DNA of 64,000 bases, from positions 253,126 to 317,125 of the forward strand of contig JAQGDQ010000069.1 of the NCBI GenBank assembly GCA_030141605.1, read 5' to 3'. Below the pieces are notes generated by a model. It was not told the origin of the DNA and ran no database searches. It worked only from the letters and a program-made list of their open reading frames with translations. Source of the DNA: Tubiluchus corallicola. Lineage: Eukaryota > Animalia > Priapulida. Position 1 is the stretch's first letter; every line of letters begins with the position of its first letter. This document shows, in pieces, positions 14,294-28,600 of the stretch. The position numbers and the translations under genes are program-made.

Positions 14294-17200
14294 ATGGCGT
14301 CATCAGAAGGTAGAACATTTTCTGAGGACAAGACACTGTCCAATGCCCGAGAACGCTCAAAACCACTAAAGAGAAACAGACTACTTAGACGTATGATATA
14401 TGAGTGTCCTTGGGGTTGGACACATTTGCACAAGAAAGACATCTTATTGTTTTTCAAAGACGATATTTCTAAACCTGCTTTACCTTCAAAAGAGGTAATT
14501 TCTTATGAAGATTATTAAGTAAATAAATAGCTCCATCCATTATTATTTTACTGCCTCTAGCAAGGACAGTGAAATTTTGTCTGTTAGCAAAACTGTGTTT
14601 TGTATGTATTTGTAATTAAGTTATCAAATAAGAGGTCTTCCTTAAAATACAGTGTATTTCTCATTTCTAATTTAACATCTGAAATATTGCATTATGCAGT
14701 AATGTTACTCTTATCAGTTTGTTTAGTAATATATGCAAAAAATTATTGAGAATTGAGATATACCAGAAATTACTGAGTGTGAAATCCAAAGCTGAAGTAA
14801 GGTGAAAGTGTTAACAATAGTGCTTGATTACTTTTTTGTTACTGAATGGGATGCTTTTTCTATCATACTAATAACAATGATAAAAGTAAAACTAGAAACA
14901 AGAAGCTGTTATCATACGAAATGTTTTTAACCAAATAGTTTAAGTAGTTTAAGTACTTTTCAATATTTTGCACTATAGTAGCATGTCTTCTTTGGAAGAC
15001 AGTAGGCATCACTAGTTGTGGAAGTAACTTAGTTACATTATGTTAATGTAAAGCAATTATGACGGTTGTAGGTTGATTACTTGTTTTTAGAGCTTTATAT
15101 TGATCTAGTTGGATGAGACAGCAGAGTGTCTCACTATGCTCTGGGATGTTCATGAAAATTTTGGAAAAGAGCTTGTCACCAAGTTGTTCATAATTTAACA
15201 AAATTAATTAAGTACAGACTCTTCTTATGCTTGTTTTATGGATCATAAGTTTCAAGACAGCAATAAACATATTCAGTAAATCTATTATTGAACAAAAGTT
15301 GACTTACGTATAATCCCATGGCATGTTTTGTTGTAAATTAGTTGTAATCGTGACGGGTTAAAAATATAGATAATAAATTATTATCATCTCTGTCATTATT
15401 TTTGTTTCAGGTGCTAGAAAGTCAATTTCCTGTAAAGGAGCCTAATTATGATCAAATTTTAAGTCAACCCGAAGGTATTCGAGCAACATGGATAGGACAT
15501 GCTACGACGCTAGTGCAGTTCGATGGAGTGTCTTTATTGACTGATCCTATATTTTCAGAACGTGCATCAATGCATCAAGGTTTTGGACCAAAGCGTTACA
15601 GACCTGTACCGTGTACCATACAAAATCTGAAGAAAAAAGGCATAGGTAGGAATAAACTTGTTTATTGATAACTAGGTGGATTCGGTAGTGGTCGTTGAGT
15701 TGTGCCACTTTGAAATCAGTAACACCATCTGCTGGAACAAAATAGGGATAAATTTAGATTTCTGACTGCTTTAATATTTGTACTTCATGCTTGATTTGCA
15801 TGTGATACAATTATGAAGTTGCATCAGCTGATTAATTATCTATCAATTTACATTTTTCACTTATGTTTTTCTTGTTTATTATGTCTAGGTATATAGCCGG
15901 CATATGGCCAGAAGACATTATGTTTTTGACCCAAGTTGGTACTTGTACGCCAAGTTTTATCAATCTATAGTATTCATTTTACCCACAAATAATTTGTTTG
16001 GCTAAAATTTGCCTTTTTTGGGTGTTTTTAATCCTTATTGTTGTCATTTTGAGTATTATACATAAATGTGCTCAATTTATCATTATCATTTACAACAATA
16101 TACCTTATTTCTGTGAAATAATCTGTTTATTTTCAGAGTTAAATGCTGTAGTTATCAGCCACAATCATTATGATCACCTGGACTATAACAGTGTAGTAGC
16201 TCTAAACAATGAGTATGGAGAAAAATTATGGTATGTTTTCCATTGGTTTACTTTCCTTTTGCTTTCTTTAATTTTTGTTTTTTTTTTGTAAAAATTTTAA
16301 AAAATTTTGGCTTTTGCCTAGTTAACGAAAGTAAAATGGCTAATGTGTCATATTTGCAGAGTTTGGTTGTAGGTTTGCCTTTCAAGGCCTGGATTGTACA
16401 TTTATTGGCACTATTTTCATCGACAAATTTGTTTACATAAAAAATTGATCTTTGTACTGTCAAAACCGGCTTTGCAGTCGTGCAGTTGATACATCATCAT
16501 ATCTAACACGGAAACTTTGCTCTTAGATATAATAGATAACTTATGTAAATGTTGAATCATTTCTTGTAGAAAGTTACAGAGTTCTGCTTTAACTTCTTTG
16601 TTCACTAAGAAATAGTACACTCGTTTAGTTAAATATGATTTTTGAGTGTGAAATTCTGTGACTGTTTTTCTTTGCAAATGAGCAATGATGAAAACTGTTA
16701 TTTAAATAAAAATATTCCAATTTGTTTTAGCATTTAAATGGCAGACAACATTATTTTATACAGAAATTAGTAGCGTCAAATGTTCCTATAATTAAATGTT
16801 TCTTTGCACTGAATTTACAGATGCACTGTAGCATTTACTGTTTTTTGAAACAAAAAATGTCTCCGTACATTATGAATTATCTACACTCTAGTCATTTCTG
16901 CCTAAAACATTTTTTGGGTTAAGAGTTTCTGTTCTGAGTCTGTTCTGTGATCATTCCAAATATTCACTCTACTCTGCATTAGTAATTGTTTAGTATAGTA
17001 TATGGTTGTGTTTTTTGTAATTTTATATTCAGTAGGCACCGCTTAATAGACTCAATTTGAGATGAAAGTGTGTGACCCATTTAATTGTTTGAATCAATTA
17101 ACCAACGTGTATAGCATATTACCATTATAGAAGCATGAGTCATCACTCGCCACTTTAGCATGCATTGTAAAGGCTTTAAATGAATTTTAGAAATGAATTA

Positions 17201-20200
17201 ATGCAAAATTACTATGTGCAATTATGTAAGAATGCTAATTTATATAATTGAATTAATGAAAAATAAAATAAAATAATCGCGCAAATGTGATCATTACCAC
17301 GGAAATTTACAAAAATTCGCTCAAGGTCGATTGTTTCATTTCTTCACGAAGAAATTAATTTATGAAATTCTCATACTGATAAAAATGTTAAAAATCTGTT
17401 GCTGTTTGCCGCATATATTTGCCCAAAACACCTAGTCACCTAGTGCTTGAACTGCAGTATGATTACCTTGTTTACCCTATGAAAAACTGAGGGAGCTTCA
17501 AAAGCAAACCGCTAGGCAGGTGATTAAATGTTTAGCTTCCAGAACCTTTGAGGTTAACTGCAACAACGAGCGGGTGACAGATTTAAAGCAAATCTGCTAC
17601 TCTGGATAAGCGTACTGTTTGTAGTAAATGTTTAAAGTAGAACTAAAAGCTAGCCAATGGCAGTGCCATATGTGGTGAATGACTGGACCATGACTACTCA
17701 ACTGAGATGAGACACAGAATAGATTGCATTCACATCCTTTCTTGAGGAGAGAAGCAGCTGTGGGTAGAGCATGATTTTATGTTAACAATGTCACGCCTTG
17801 TTGAAGTGCATTTAAAAAAAACATTAAGAATAAATAACTAATTATGTAATTTTTCAATGCCATAAAGTTAGCAAAATCAATTTCATTTTTGCCGAGAAGC
17901 AGGTTTTACACGAGATCCATTTACCATTTACCTTTGCAGCCAAACACATGCCATGAGAACTCAGTTTTTGCTTGCTGACTGACCAAGAGAACCAGACCTC
18001 TTCCAGAAAACAGACTGGAAGAGGTGTGCTTTTAAATTAAGCGTCATTGCTGGGTCTATAATGCTCCTATATTTCTTTTCATTTAAATCATCACTTTTAT
18101 TGTCTAGGTGGTTTGTGCCCCTCGGTTTAGAATCTTGGATGAGAAGCTCTGGTTGTGAGAATGTCAAGGAGTTCGATTGGTGGCAGGAAGAGTCGCTACC
18201 CAGTAATCCAGAAGTGAAGTTTGTGCTGACACCTGCCCAGCATTGGAGTAAACGTGGTGCATTCGATGATAATACAGTAATTACTGAGCATTGGCTTTCA
18301 GTGTGATAGTGAATAAAATTTAACGTTATGTGTTAAGTTTAATTGCTAATTTTTTATGCTCAATTTGGGAATACACATGCAATATAGGAGGTTTTTAGGG
18401 TCTAATTTGTCAAAAACATTTATAGAAGTGAACATGTGACTTATCCCGTTGACGTTGACGTTGACGTGACATTAAACTTGCATTATGGGCATCAGAATGT
18501 ATCAGTGACATTCTCTATGTCACCCTAATTAATACTATATGTGCACTTGTATAGCAAAGTTGTCCAGCAAGTCGGCAACTAAGATTTTCTAATTATTTAC
18601 ATATCCCGAATCTCCATTTTATGAGGATCATTTTGATACCACATTCATCACTCTATGTTGTTTCTAAGCTGAGATAATCCACGTTGAAGTTGAGGTGCAA
18701 GCTATGCACTGAAAAACGTAATCTTGAGAAAATTGCTGTTAAAGTTGGCCATTGCCTTTTATTGCGTTTCTTGAAAACACTTAGCAACCCCACAAATATT
18801 GTTTACTACGGACTTTGCAAGAGCACATTGAAGTTATGTTTAAATCCAGTAGGTGGCTCTTACTGACGAAGGTCTGGGCTGAAAAAAAGTTTTGTCGCCA
18901 AGGGAAGTGAATTTCAGCTGTGTATCTTAAAAATAGGCAAACAACCAAAAAAAAATTTATTTTTTCATTTTGCTATTGCTTTTATAGTTTAATGTGAAAA
19001 ATGTGATGTTATTAATGGTGCATTGGTTTGATTAATCAAATTTTCTTAAAAGTAGTTCTACATGGAAGCAGTTTTGGAGAAAAGCTATCAGATTGTTACA
19101 GCATGTTTTTAAACGTAAAATACATGAGGAAAAGTTGAACGATTGATGAATGTGTTGTGTTTCAATTTGAATTTCTTGTATTAACTCTTTGTAGGTTTTT
19201 AAGTGTAAAATGTTTCTTATGTTGTTTTTAGACTCTTTGGGGCAGCTGGACTGTTGTCGGACCTCGACATCGTTTCTTCTTTGCAGGAGATACAGGACAT
19301 TGTCCAGGCTTTGAGCAAATCGGCGATGAATACGGTCCAATTGATCTTGCTGCCATACCGATTGGTGCTTATAAGCCGATGTATGATTATTTTTGTTGTT
19401 TTGTTTGTAGGTGAAGATCACATTATAACCACCAGAACTGTAAGAATATTTTATTTTTATGTACATTTAGTTTATTGATGAAATTATTGCTGATTTGAAA
19501 CATTTGGAGATATTTACCCAAGAAGGAATGTAAACGTTGTGTATACCTTTGCTTTCAGATGGTTTATGAAACAACATCATTGTGCATATCTTTGCTTTCA
19601 GATGGTTTATGAAACGACATCATTGTGGACCCGAAGATGCAATTCGTATACATAAAGATATCAAAGCGAAACATTCTCTAGCTGTACACTGGGGTACTTT
19701 TTATGTTGGCTGTGAGGTAAATATTATTTCAAATCTAGCTTTGGTGCTAATTTTTGCTGGTGCTTTATTTCTATAAGTAATGTTTTGCACTGCTGTACTG
19801 GTGATAAAACTCCAGCATTACATTCTTAAATAGAAAGCAGAAACAGACGGATCGCATAAGTTATTTTTACTGATTTATGCCATCCAGAGGCCCACCATTC
19901 TTGTTTTTAAGTTGGGACTCCTTGTGTATGCATGGTGATCCGTAATGAGAAATTCGTATTGACAGCTTCTGTGACAACACTGTGCAAAAAGCTGATGGCA
20001 CTCCTGCCATTTTTGGTGGTGTTCATGAAAGTTGGAACTAGTTATTTTTGAAAAAGAAACGACGCCTCTGTCGGAATTTCAGAGTGACAGCAGTGGCAGC
20101 ATTAGCTTATTATTGGACTGTTAGGTGGAAAACAAAGTACAGGTTTTGGGTGCATAATATTTTGCAATGAAGAGAACAATAAAGAGTGGTTATCACCTAC

Positions 20201-21547
20201 ATTCAGAAGAATGTAATGTTACACACTTCTCAAAAGTTATATATAAGTATTATCATTGTGCTGGATTTGAAAATGATCGACACTTCCTTAACCAGGAAGC
20301 CAATCAGTCCAAAGAACAGCTGTCAAATTGAAACATTCAAACATGGTCTCCGTAAACTTGAAAGCTTGGTAAATCATCTCGACCACAGCGGCTTCCCGTC
20401 TCTGCGTAATGCGTGTGTAGGTAAGAGCAAACATGTTCAAGTGGATGCGGATCTCGCATCAGGCATTAAACATTACGTACACACGGAAACACTTCCCCGT
20501 GAACTGTCATGTACTTATCGCGCATCACACCTCACACATCAGGCACATTTTAAGGGTAATTCTCTGACATTAGAAACAGGCAAAAGTCCTTAGCCATGTT
20601 TTGATATCTAAAGTAGGGAAATAGTTGACAGCATTGCAGATGAAACTGCTCATAACTAGTTTTCTTGGTCGTCAATCATTTGTTTGCCAACTAGACTTGA
20701 TTTAGCATTGATTAATTTTTCAGACCACATCTTGATTTTTTGCTATTCCCTTTAACCTGCTAAAAAGTAAATAATATTTCTAAATAAAATAAATATGAAA
20801 TAAATAAATATAAGTATAAAAAAATAGATGAATATATAACTGAACATTTTTTGTGCAGACCTGTTGTTTGCTTCGTGTTTTGTTCATCAAACGAAATTGT
20901 GAAATCATGAATATCGACCTGTTTACTTATCTTTTAAGCATTGTTGCTTAACACATACAAAAACGTTCTACAGTGTAAGACAGTGGTTATGCTGTCTTTC
21001 TTTCTGAAGATTATGCATCTTGCATAAAAGTGAGTAACTTAGTGGGTACATTACATATTACATTTTTGAGCAGTACTGACATAGAAATTGTAACATATTT
21101 TTATCTTTGAATAATATTGGCTTAATTTAAATCTTCAGATGAAGTGCTTTTTTAAGAATAAAAAATGTTATTATTTCAGAATTAACTAGCAAACTGTATG
21201 AAACATTCACACTTAATTTTTCTCCATTTTCTTTACAAGTCTGCTAATCAATCATGAGCTAATGCAGTTTTAAAAGGTATGGATTATTATAGAGATATGA
21301 TGAACCAATAACTGAACTAGAAGAGCGGATAGCCAACGGAGAAATAAACGATAGGGAATTTGTGTGGTTGAAACACGGAGAAAGTAGAGAATTCCAAACG
21401 CGACCCAGTATTGCAAATGGAATTGAAGAAATTGGTCTCGGTTTGGCAGTTGTTCATCTATCACCAAAGTCTACTTTTGATAGCAGTAAAGTGCACCCAC
21501 CAAATGAGACAAAAGGTATCCTAGAGGGAAACCAGAGTCAACTTTAA
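14294..21547 (+). CDS. NAPEPLD: N-acyl-phosphatidylethanolamine phospholipase D (metallo-beta-lactamase fold), 7 coding exons, 405 aa
   Basis: Exons 14294-14494, 15411-15645, 16137-16230, 18108-18276, 19232-19380, 19602-19716 and 21293-21547; all GT-AG and phase-consistent, 1218 nt in total. Motifs [58 protein letters not shown] and LKHGESR. Confidence 0.93.
19538..19627 (+). repeat. 43-bp tandem duplication spanning an intron/exon junction of NAPEPLD
   Basis: 19538-19580 and 19581-19623 differ at 3 positions. Each unit contains TTTGCTTTCAG|ATGGTTTATGAAA. Confidence 0.9.
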
Positions 21548-23401
21548 AAAGAGCAGTAAATTGTGTTGATGGAATTAGACTAGTGCTTCAAGTATGAAAA
21601 AAGTGTGATAGGGTAGTTTGGGTTAATTTCTGAGAATGACAGCTTTTACTGTTGTGAGCAGAATGATTCTTCGAGTACCAAAGATGTTCCGAAATTTTTG
21701 CCGTTAAAGCAATGAGTTAATTTCAGAGGCTAGTATTGCAAATCGTTAAACAGATTCGTCAAATATTTTTGCACAACATTCATTTTATATAATTAATGTA
21801 ACTTGATTTTGAACTTTCATTTCTAAATTTTGATGCTGTGCAGATTTTAAAGTTTATGAAAAATCCTCACCTAATGTGATTTGCAGTGCAACCGTTTAAA
21901 AAGCAATTCGTGCAGATAGTATGCTATATAAAACTATAGGGACGAACTTTTGTATCTAGTCAGATAGTCAAGTGGATGATACTATGTATGCTCAACATTG
22001 TGGTCATTGCTGTTAAGAGTATACGATAGTTGGGCATTTACTAATTTTGCCCTGTCAGTTTAAAAAAAAATTAAAATTAGAAATGGTTATAATTTTAACA
22101 TTACTAATTTTGTTTGAAAATGCAAATGTTGTACAGATGATTTGAACTGTGTCTAAAATTACTGAACTCCTTTTTAGTTTTTGTTTAGCTTCATTTTGCA
22201 GTTGTTATTCTAAAATTGTTATATATAAATTTATATACAAGAGAAAATATTGCTGTTAGAAGTGGGTTTATTTACTTAATTCTAAGTAAATTTTGTAAAA
22301 ATAAGCCATTTGAAATTTCATAATGTTATTTTCATTATTGTTTTAAGTTTTGTTATAATCATTGTTTTATATATAATAAAGTTCTCTGTTATCTTTCAAT
22401 TTCATAGTTACAGAATTTCCTTTGCTTTTGTATTGCATAATCCGTACCAAGTGGCACTTTTTGAAACTATTATTTGGCTTTGAAGTTATCAACAGCCATC
22501 CCTTTGTTAAATGTTTATGTTTGCTATAGCAAGTTTTATTTTTGGTATGAAGTGTTGTTTTAATCAATTTTTTCAGTAGCCCTTCGGCGTTAGAAAAATT
22601 GCTCGGTTACGAGCATCAGGTTTAGAGTTCAAGTCAAAATCAAATCAAGTTTATTTTTCTCTATAACATTTCAGCACATTCATGTAATAAAAATATACAA
22701 ACATTATTAGAGTAATAAATGTGTTAATAAGGTAAATATAAAGTCAACGAGATAGGGTAGCGAATTGACTAAAAGGTATCGAGTCAGCTACCTTTATCTT
22801 TTTCGTAATCCTCATAATTAAGGATTTAATTATGAGGTGTTAATAACATAATCCTGATAAATTTATAATTAGTACCAAATTTAACAAAGTTCATAATTCT
22901 CAGGAACAATTACTGACTGTTTAAAAATTTTCAATTTATTTTTGTACACGTTCATTATAAATACCAAAACTGCTTAAAAAGCAACACAACTGCCTAATGG
23001 GCTGGTCTACTTGTTATCACAGATAGTGTTCTTTAATATAAACTAATATCAATCAGTCTGCATATGCAATACAAATAAAATAAGCGTATCTAAGGCAACA
23101 TTGTTTTCCTTTAGCTACATACTGGCAAATTTAATGACTAGTGTATTACTGATTTGATAATTTTGTATTAAAGAAAACCTCAACCAGAGTAACTCTAATA
23201 GCACAAACACAATTATTCCGTTCACAATTTTTCATTATGTGTATATTAACTACTACTATGAGTTAAAAAGCTGAAATAGGAAGACTCTCACCTAAAATTA
23301 TAAGCAGTTGAGCACTATATAAATATACATTTAAAACAATTTAACATGTCTACATCTGTGCATAAATCCTGCCTAGGTACGTGTAGGATCACATACGACT
23401 A

Positions 23402-24053
23402 CAGTCAAACCTTGTTATAACGCACGTCTGGGACGACACTAAATATGGCGCTATACCGGGATCAGCGGTAAGGCGAGGTTCGTTAAATATCAAAGCCATT
23501 CCAATCTGTAACCTCTATTTTGTTTCCTAGTTAATTTAGTATAATATTAACAATACATGTGTGATACTGTACATTTTTGTTGCATTAACAAAGTTAATGC
23601 AGGTGTAGTTCTATGACGGCGCGTTGAAAACCTTTTAGGAAATACAATGTGGAGTAGCAATCTTGTGAAATACTGCTTTCTCCTGATAAGAGAAACATGC
23701 AGCCATGCAGCCCACCCACACTCCCAAGGTAACATTACTAGATAACTAAAACTATAAATAACTGCTGCATATAACTTGACCTTTAATCAAACGGCTTTCA
23801 CAGTCGCCAAATTCACATCGGTTCAGTACAGAAACTTTAATAGCTACGCAACTCTTGTATTCTTAAAATGCATGTTTCTTGCTCAAAACTTTAATATTCA
23901 TTTTCATACAGTCACTTACAATAAGATGTAAATCTTAATTTAAACACCATAATTGTTTCTCTGTCCAGAGGCCATTGTTTTTACAATACAATGGCAGTTT
24001 TTCAGCAACAATTCATTGTACTTTACCTTGGCTGGCATTATAATGGGGTACTG
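23402..24053. mobile_element. Tc1/mariner-pogo-like non-autonomous element
   Basis: TA|CAGTCAAACCTTGTTATAACG at the left end and a degenerate inverse CATTATAATGGGGTACTG|TA at the right end. Confidence 0.5.
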
Positions 24054-24651
24054 TACTATGTTTTGAGACACTGTCAATAAGAATTGCTTTTACACAGCAA
24101 AACATGCACTAGTCACTAGTGCATTCCAAACAAGATGTTTTAATGTTCCAAACAAATAAGTAAGTCCTTCCTACCACTGATGGGCTCAAGTGCTTGGGTT
24201 AGAACAAGCCGTCAGTGAAGCAGAATTCTCCATATATTTCAGTTCTTACAATGTAGCTACAGGATTTAAACTGACGTACAACATTATTTTACGTAGTCAG
24301 TAATTAAAATAACAGATTATTCGATGAATGGGATACACCAATGTCTGGCAAGGTAAAGAAAGCAGCAAACAATGTACAGTAAATATGCACAGCAGTTTGA
24401 CAATAAAAAATACATCACAAAGAGCTATTAAGATGATATTATTTAGGGAAAAGTTTCTGAAAAAATATATTTCCATAGCATTTGCAACTATAATGCAACA
24501 TGCAGGTTTATGACTAATTTTGTAAACTAATCCCTAATTAGCAGTTTCTGATATGAATACGTGTAATGCTAAATAGCTTTCCAGTATACTATCTACTTGG
24601 TATCTATTGAAATCAGAATGCTACAGATGCCACAGAATCCAATTTGTCCTT

Positions 24652-25145
24652 CAGTGGCAGCTCGTGTATAGGTACTGTGGTACTGCAGCACCCCTTGTTT
24701 TCACTCATTATTATCGATAATATTCAACATAATAATCTTTTTTCTAGTTCCTTCTTTATACTTGTGCGGAACTAGAGCACGTGAGGGAAGTAGAATTTGC
24801 TTCACAGCCCAAGCAACGTGGTGTTTGGCTGCTGTGCACATGCGGCCATGCACACGTCTGTACTTTAGGTAGAAAGAGTACTGTCACTCACTGCAGTACG
24901 TGTTGTCAGTTGTCACGTGTATCGGCATATTCTTCAACTGCGAAAGTTTAGGCTATTCGTAAGAAAACAATACTTTTTGTTTAAGAGATTATCAAGGTTA
25001 CGTTTGAATTAGTTTGATCGTTTAAAATTACAATTACAACGTTATAATTACATACGTTTGTTTTGTTTTACCCCGTATTAAAACAATGGCTAAATTTTTT
25101 TAATTGTGCAGCACTCCCACTAATTTTAGCTATGAGCTGCCACTG
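24652..25145. mobile_element. MITE with CAGTGGCAGCTC terminal inverted repeats (hAT-like)
   Basis: CAGTGGCAGCTC at 24652 and GAGCTGCCACTG ending at 25145. Subterminal TGCAGCAC motif at both ends. No clear TSD. Confidence 0.7.
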
Positions 25146-25610
25146 CGACTGTTCGACCCGACCACAACTTAATCAATTAATTACAAGAAATTAATAATAA
25201 CTCATATTTCTTTCTTCTTTTTACTCTCTGTTGTGACAAATTAATTTGTAGGTACCGCCATACTTAGTGCGAGTACACATATAATATCTTACGTGTAAGG
25301 ACGCACCACCTGAACATACAGGTCAGACTTGTGTCCAAGTCATCTTATGACGAATGTGCTAGAACTGATTGTGGTAGTAAATCAAAATCTACCTGTATAC
25401 CAATTATTAATAACTGATGTAAATTTATACATTGAAGATGATAATTTGAATATAATGATGAAGATGACAATGAAAATTTCAAGGTGTTTTCAAGCTTGAT
25501 ACCAAAGACACCTAAATAGCAAATATTGAATACAACTTTGTTCAGCAATCTGATAAATCGATCTGTACACATTAACAATTTGTTAGAAAACTTTTACAAT
25601 CTTAGCACAA

Positions 25611-28600
25611 TCAAGTAGCTACGCATTCTCGTTTATGTTGCTCAAGTTCCGCCACACCAGTGAACTGCCAGTGACATCGTGGACATTGCAAGCAAGCACT
25701 GTCTTGATTTTGTGTCCCTGCTGCCGCCTGTCAAGGGAAAATAATGTAAGATAAAGTGAAAAGCTGAAGCTAAATTGTGCTTACCTTGAAATAAAAGAAC
25801 TGATACAAACCTAAAACTAATTATTAAATTAAAAAATAGCATGTTATTCAAACATAACCATGAGCTGAACAAATAGTGTTCATTGTTTAATATAATTTGT
25901 CCACTAATAACAGATAGGCCTAGAGCCTACTGAATGAACTTGCTTCACAGGCAATGCAGCTAATTTGTTGGAAATGCTATGATGAAAGCTACCAATTCAG
26001 CACATAAACAAAAGGAACATGACTGACAAGAAGATTGCAAAAAAAACCTGCTGGTTTCCAGGAGACACGATGGTAAACAAATCCGAATCAGCTTCGTCGT
26101 ACGATGCCTGATAGTCGTAATGAACGCCTCTGGGGACAAAAGTACAAGAACCGGCACCATCTCCACCGGAAAAATTCCTATTTCTGGGGCTCGTATCATT
26201 CCGTCTCATGTCCTACAAAAATGCAATTAACAAAATAAAATTTTGAACACTTGGCATCTCTGACGGGTATCTTTGTTTTGCTTCACCATTTTGCGGAAAG
26301 TTTTTGTTGCACCAGTCAGGATTTACATCAGCAGTAATTCGGTCAACTGGGAACATAAAAAGTAAAGCTGCAGAAACTGAGTTCAGAAAAAAAACGCATC
26401 AACCAATGTGTTGTGTCGTGATATTATTTCTTTATGCAGTTTGGCACATCTAAAGCCAGTAACACTCAGTAACACATAGTCTGCTAGTAACATTTATGAC
26501 TGTTTCAGGACCAGAACCTAGCTAATTATCAAGGATATTCTTTAACAAGATGCATTGGATCAGCAGAGATCTCTTAGCCACATTGATACATATATATATA
26601 TGTATCAATGTGGCTAACATCGTATATTATATACTCTGTGACATAAACACATGGATACTCTGTGACACCAACAGCTGGGTGCAGTATGCCAGACAAGTAG
26701 CCTTTCCCAAACTGCACCCATCCATTTGTTAACAGTTACCAGTCTTACAGTGAAACATGCACCACGACAGCTCAATTATTCCCTTGCCTTACAATTTCAG
26801 TTTGATATTCAATTTATTTAATATTTGTAATTGTTATGCTCCATAAAGATATCATAGAATATTTAAAAACGGAAGGCACTTTTTGCATTTAATAGGATAG
26901 AAAAGAGTTAATTCCAAAGATCCCAAAGCTTCACGCTATCACTTATATGTCACTTTAGGACTCACAGGTGTTCATTGTCCCTAAATAAATATAGAAAACT
27001 CCACCCAGCCCTTTTACACAAAAGAATATTTTCGTGTTCAGCCAAGAAAAGTAGCAAATCCACAAATGCCTGAAGTTAAGAATTGCCCAGACTATGTCAG
27101 ATAAACCTATTATAGGCGCTCAACTTTACTTTAATTGTTTCATTTCTAAAGAAGTGTTTGTAACAGATACAACAGTTATTCCAATTTGACTACTGTGTGG
27201 TGCTATGGCAGCTGGCAGGCTCTCCCCATTTTTTTCTACTATTAGAATAATGTACTGCTACGTCACACTAATATACTATGGCGACTCTTTTATACACAGA
27301 GCATAGTATTGTCGGTTCAGTAGTTATTGTGATAGTAAACTGTGCAATACGCATTGAATTTCGTACGTAAATAGTCCTTACATCACTGTAAACAATACCT
27401 GCAGATGATTTTGCGAGAAGGCGGCTATTTCATCGTGTAGCTGCTGATTTTGTAACTGTAGTTGTCGAATGTCTTCCATCAGCTGATCATTTTCCTCGTG
27501 CTTTCTTTCTTTAGCATGTCTTTCCGCATTAAAATCAGTCTGATAAAGGTCGGCCTAGTAATAATAAAAGAAGTGTTTAGAAGTGTTTACTGAAAAATTG
27601 CATTATTTTGAACCTTACTAGTTAAAAACAGTCTCACACCATTTATTTTTGCAACTTTAAGATTGTGCAATGCCCATGATGTATCAAATTAATTTTGTGG
27701 CAGGGGGGGGGAGGTTGACTTATATTCAAATTGGTAAGTGCTTTGTTAAATTAGCTAATGAAAAGATTGAAAACTGTAATACTGAATGGCACTTACACCT
27801 TCACCTGAAGCAATACAACAACTTACCTGTGCTTTTAACACAGGTATGAGTTCCAGGTCTTCTTGTACTTTATGTAGCTTCATCTGTACTTGTTTCGTTT
27901 CTTGCTCCTTGCAACGGATTGTGTCCTCCATAGAGAGTAACCTCGCTGTCAGGCTATCTATCTCCTCCGCTTGTTGGCGCATGCGTGATGATTCCGCCAC
28001 CACGTTACTGCCACCGGTCACTGCACTCTGTAATGTCTCTAGCAGCTCATTCTGATCTCCGAAGTCACGTAAAAGGTTGTCGTACTTTGCTCTAGTTTCC
28101 GCCAACTTACGACTACAAATGAGACAAATAACATAACCATAAGCGTACTGGAGTTGTAAGCAGGGCCAGTGCTGAACTGTTCCGCACCTCAGGTACTTGC
28201 ATGTCAATTGTCTATTTTCAATAAAATCTAATGGGAAAGTAGTGCTGATGGGAAAGAATAAGCAAAGTTACTAAAAATTTATTAAAATATATGGATACTT
28301 TGCGAACTTGGCAAAAGTTTACAATTCCCCACACACAAGAAATTAGTTTGTGAAGTGGATTAGGGCTAAAGTTAGGGTTAGGGTCAGGGAGAGGGTTAGG
28401 GTTACGGTATTTAAATTGTGTGGGGAATTGTAAACTTCTTCCACGAACTTTATAGGTATAAATCTATGGGTACAATGATGAAACGAGCTATGTGTAGTTT
28501 TATGCTTTTATCATGTTTACAGGCAGGGTGAATAGGCCATAACCTAAAGATCTGTGCGCATGCTTCACATAGTTAAGTTAAGCAACACAGTTAACTTAGT

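Noticed and set aside
19411-19439. AG/GT-flanked 29-nt micro-exon that with the 43-nt acceptor shift would sum to 72 nt
   Set aside because: The upstream intron would be only 30 nt, and inclusion gives an immediate TGA.
20186-20593. 135-aa intronic ORF within NAPEPLD
   Set aside because: Non-ATG start, no recognisable domain and no compatible splice phases; probably repeat debris.
22575-22635. tRNA-like sequence with a B-box-like GAGTTCAAGTC
   Set aside because: No cloverleaf can be built; at most a decayed SINE head.
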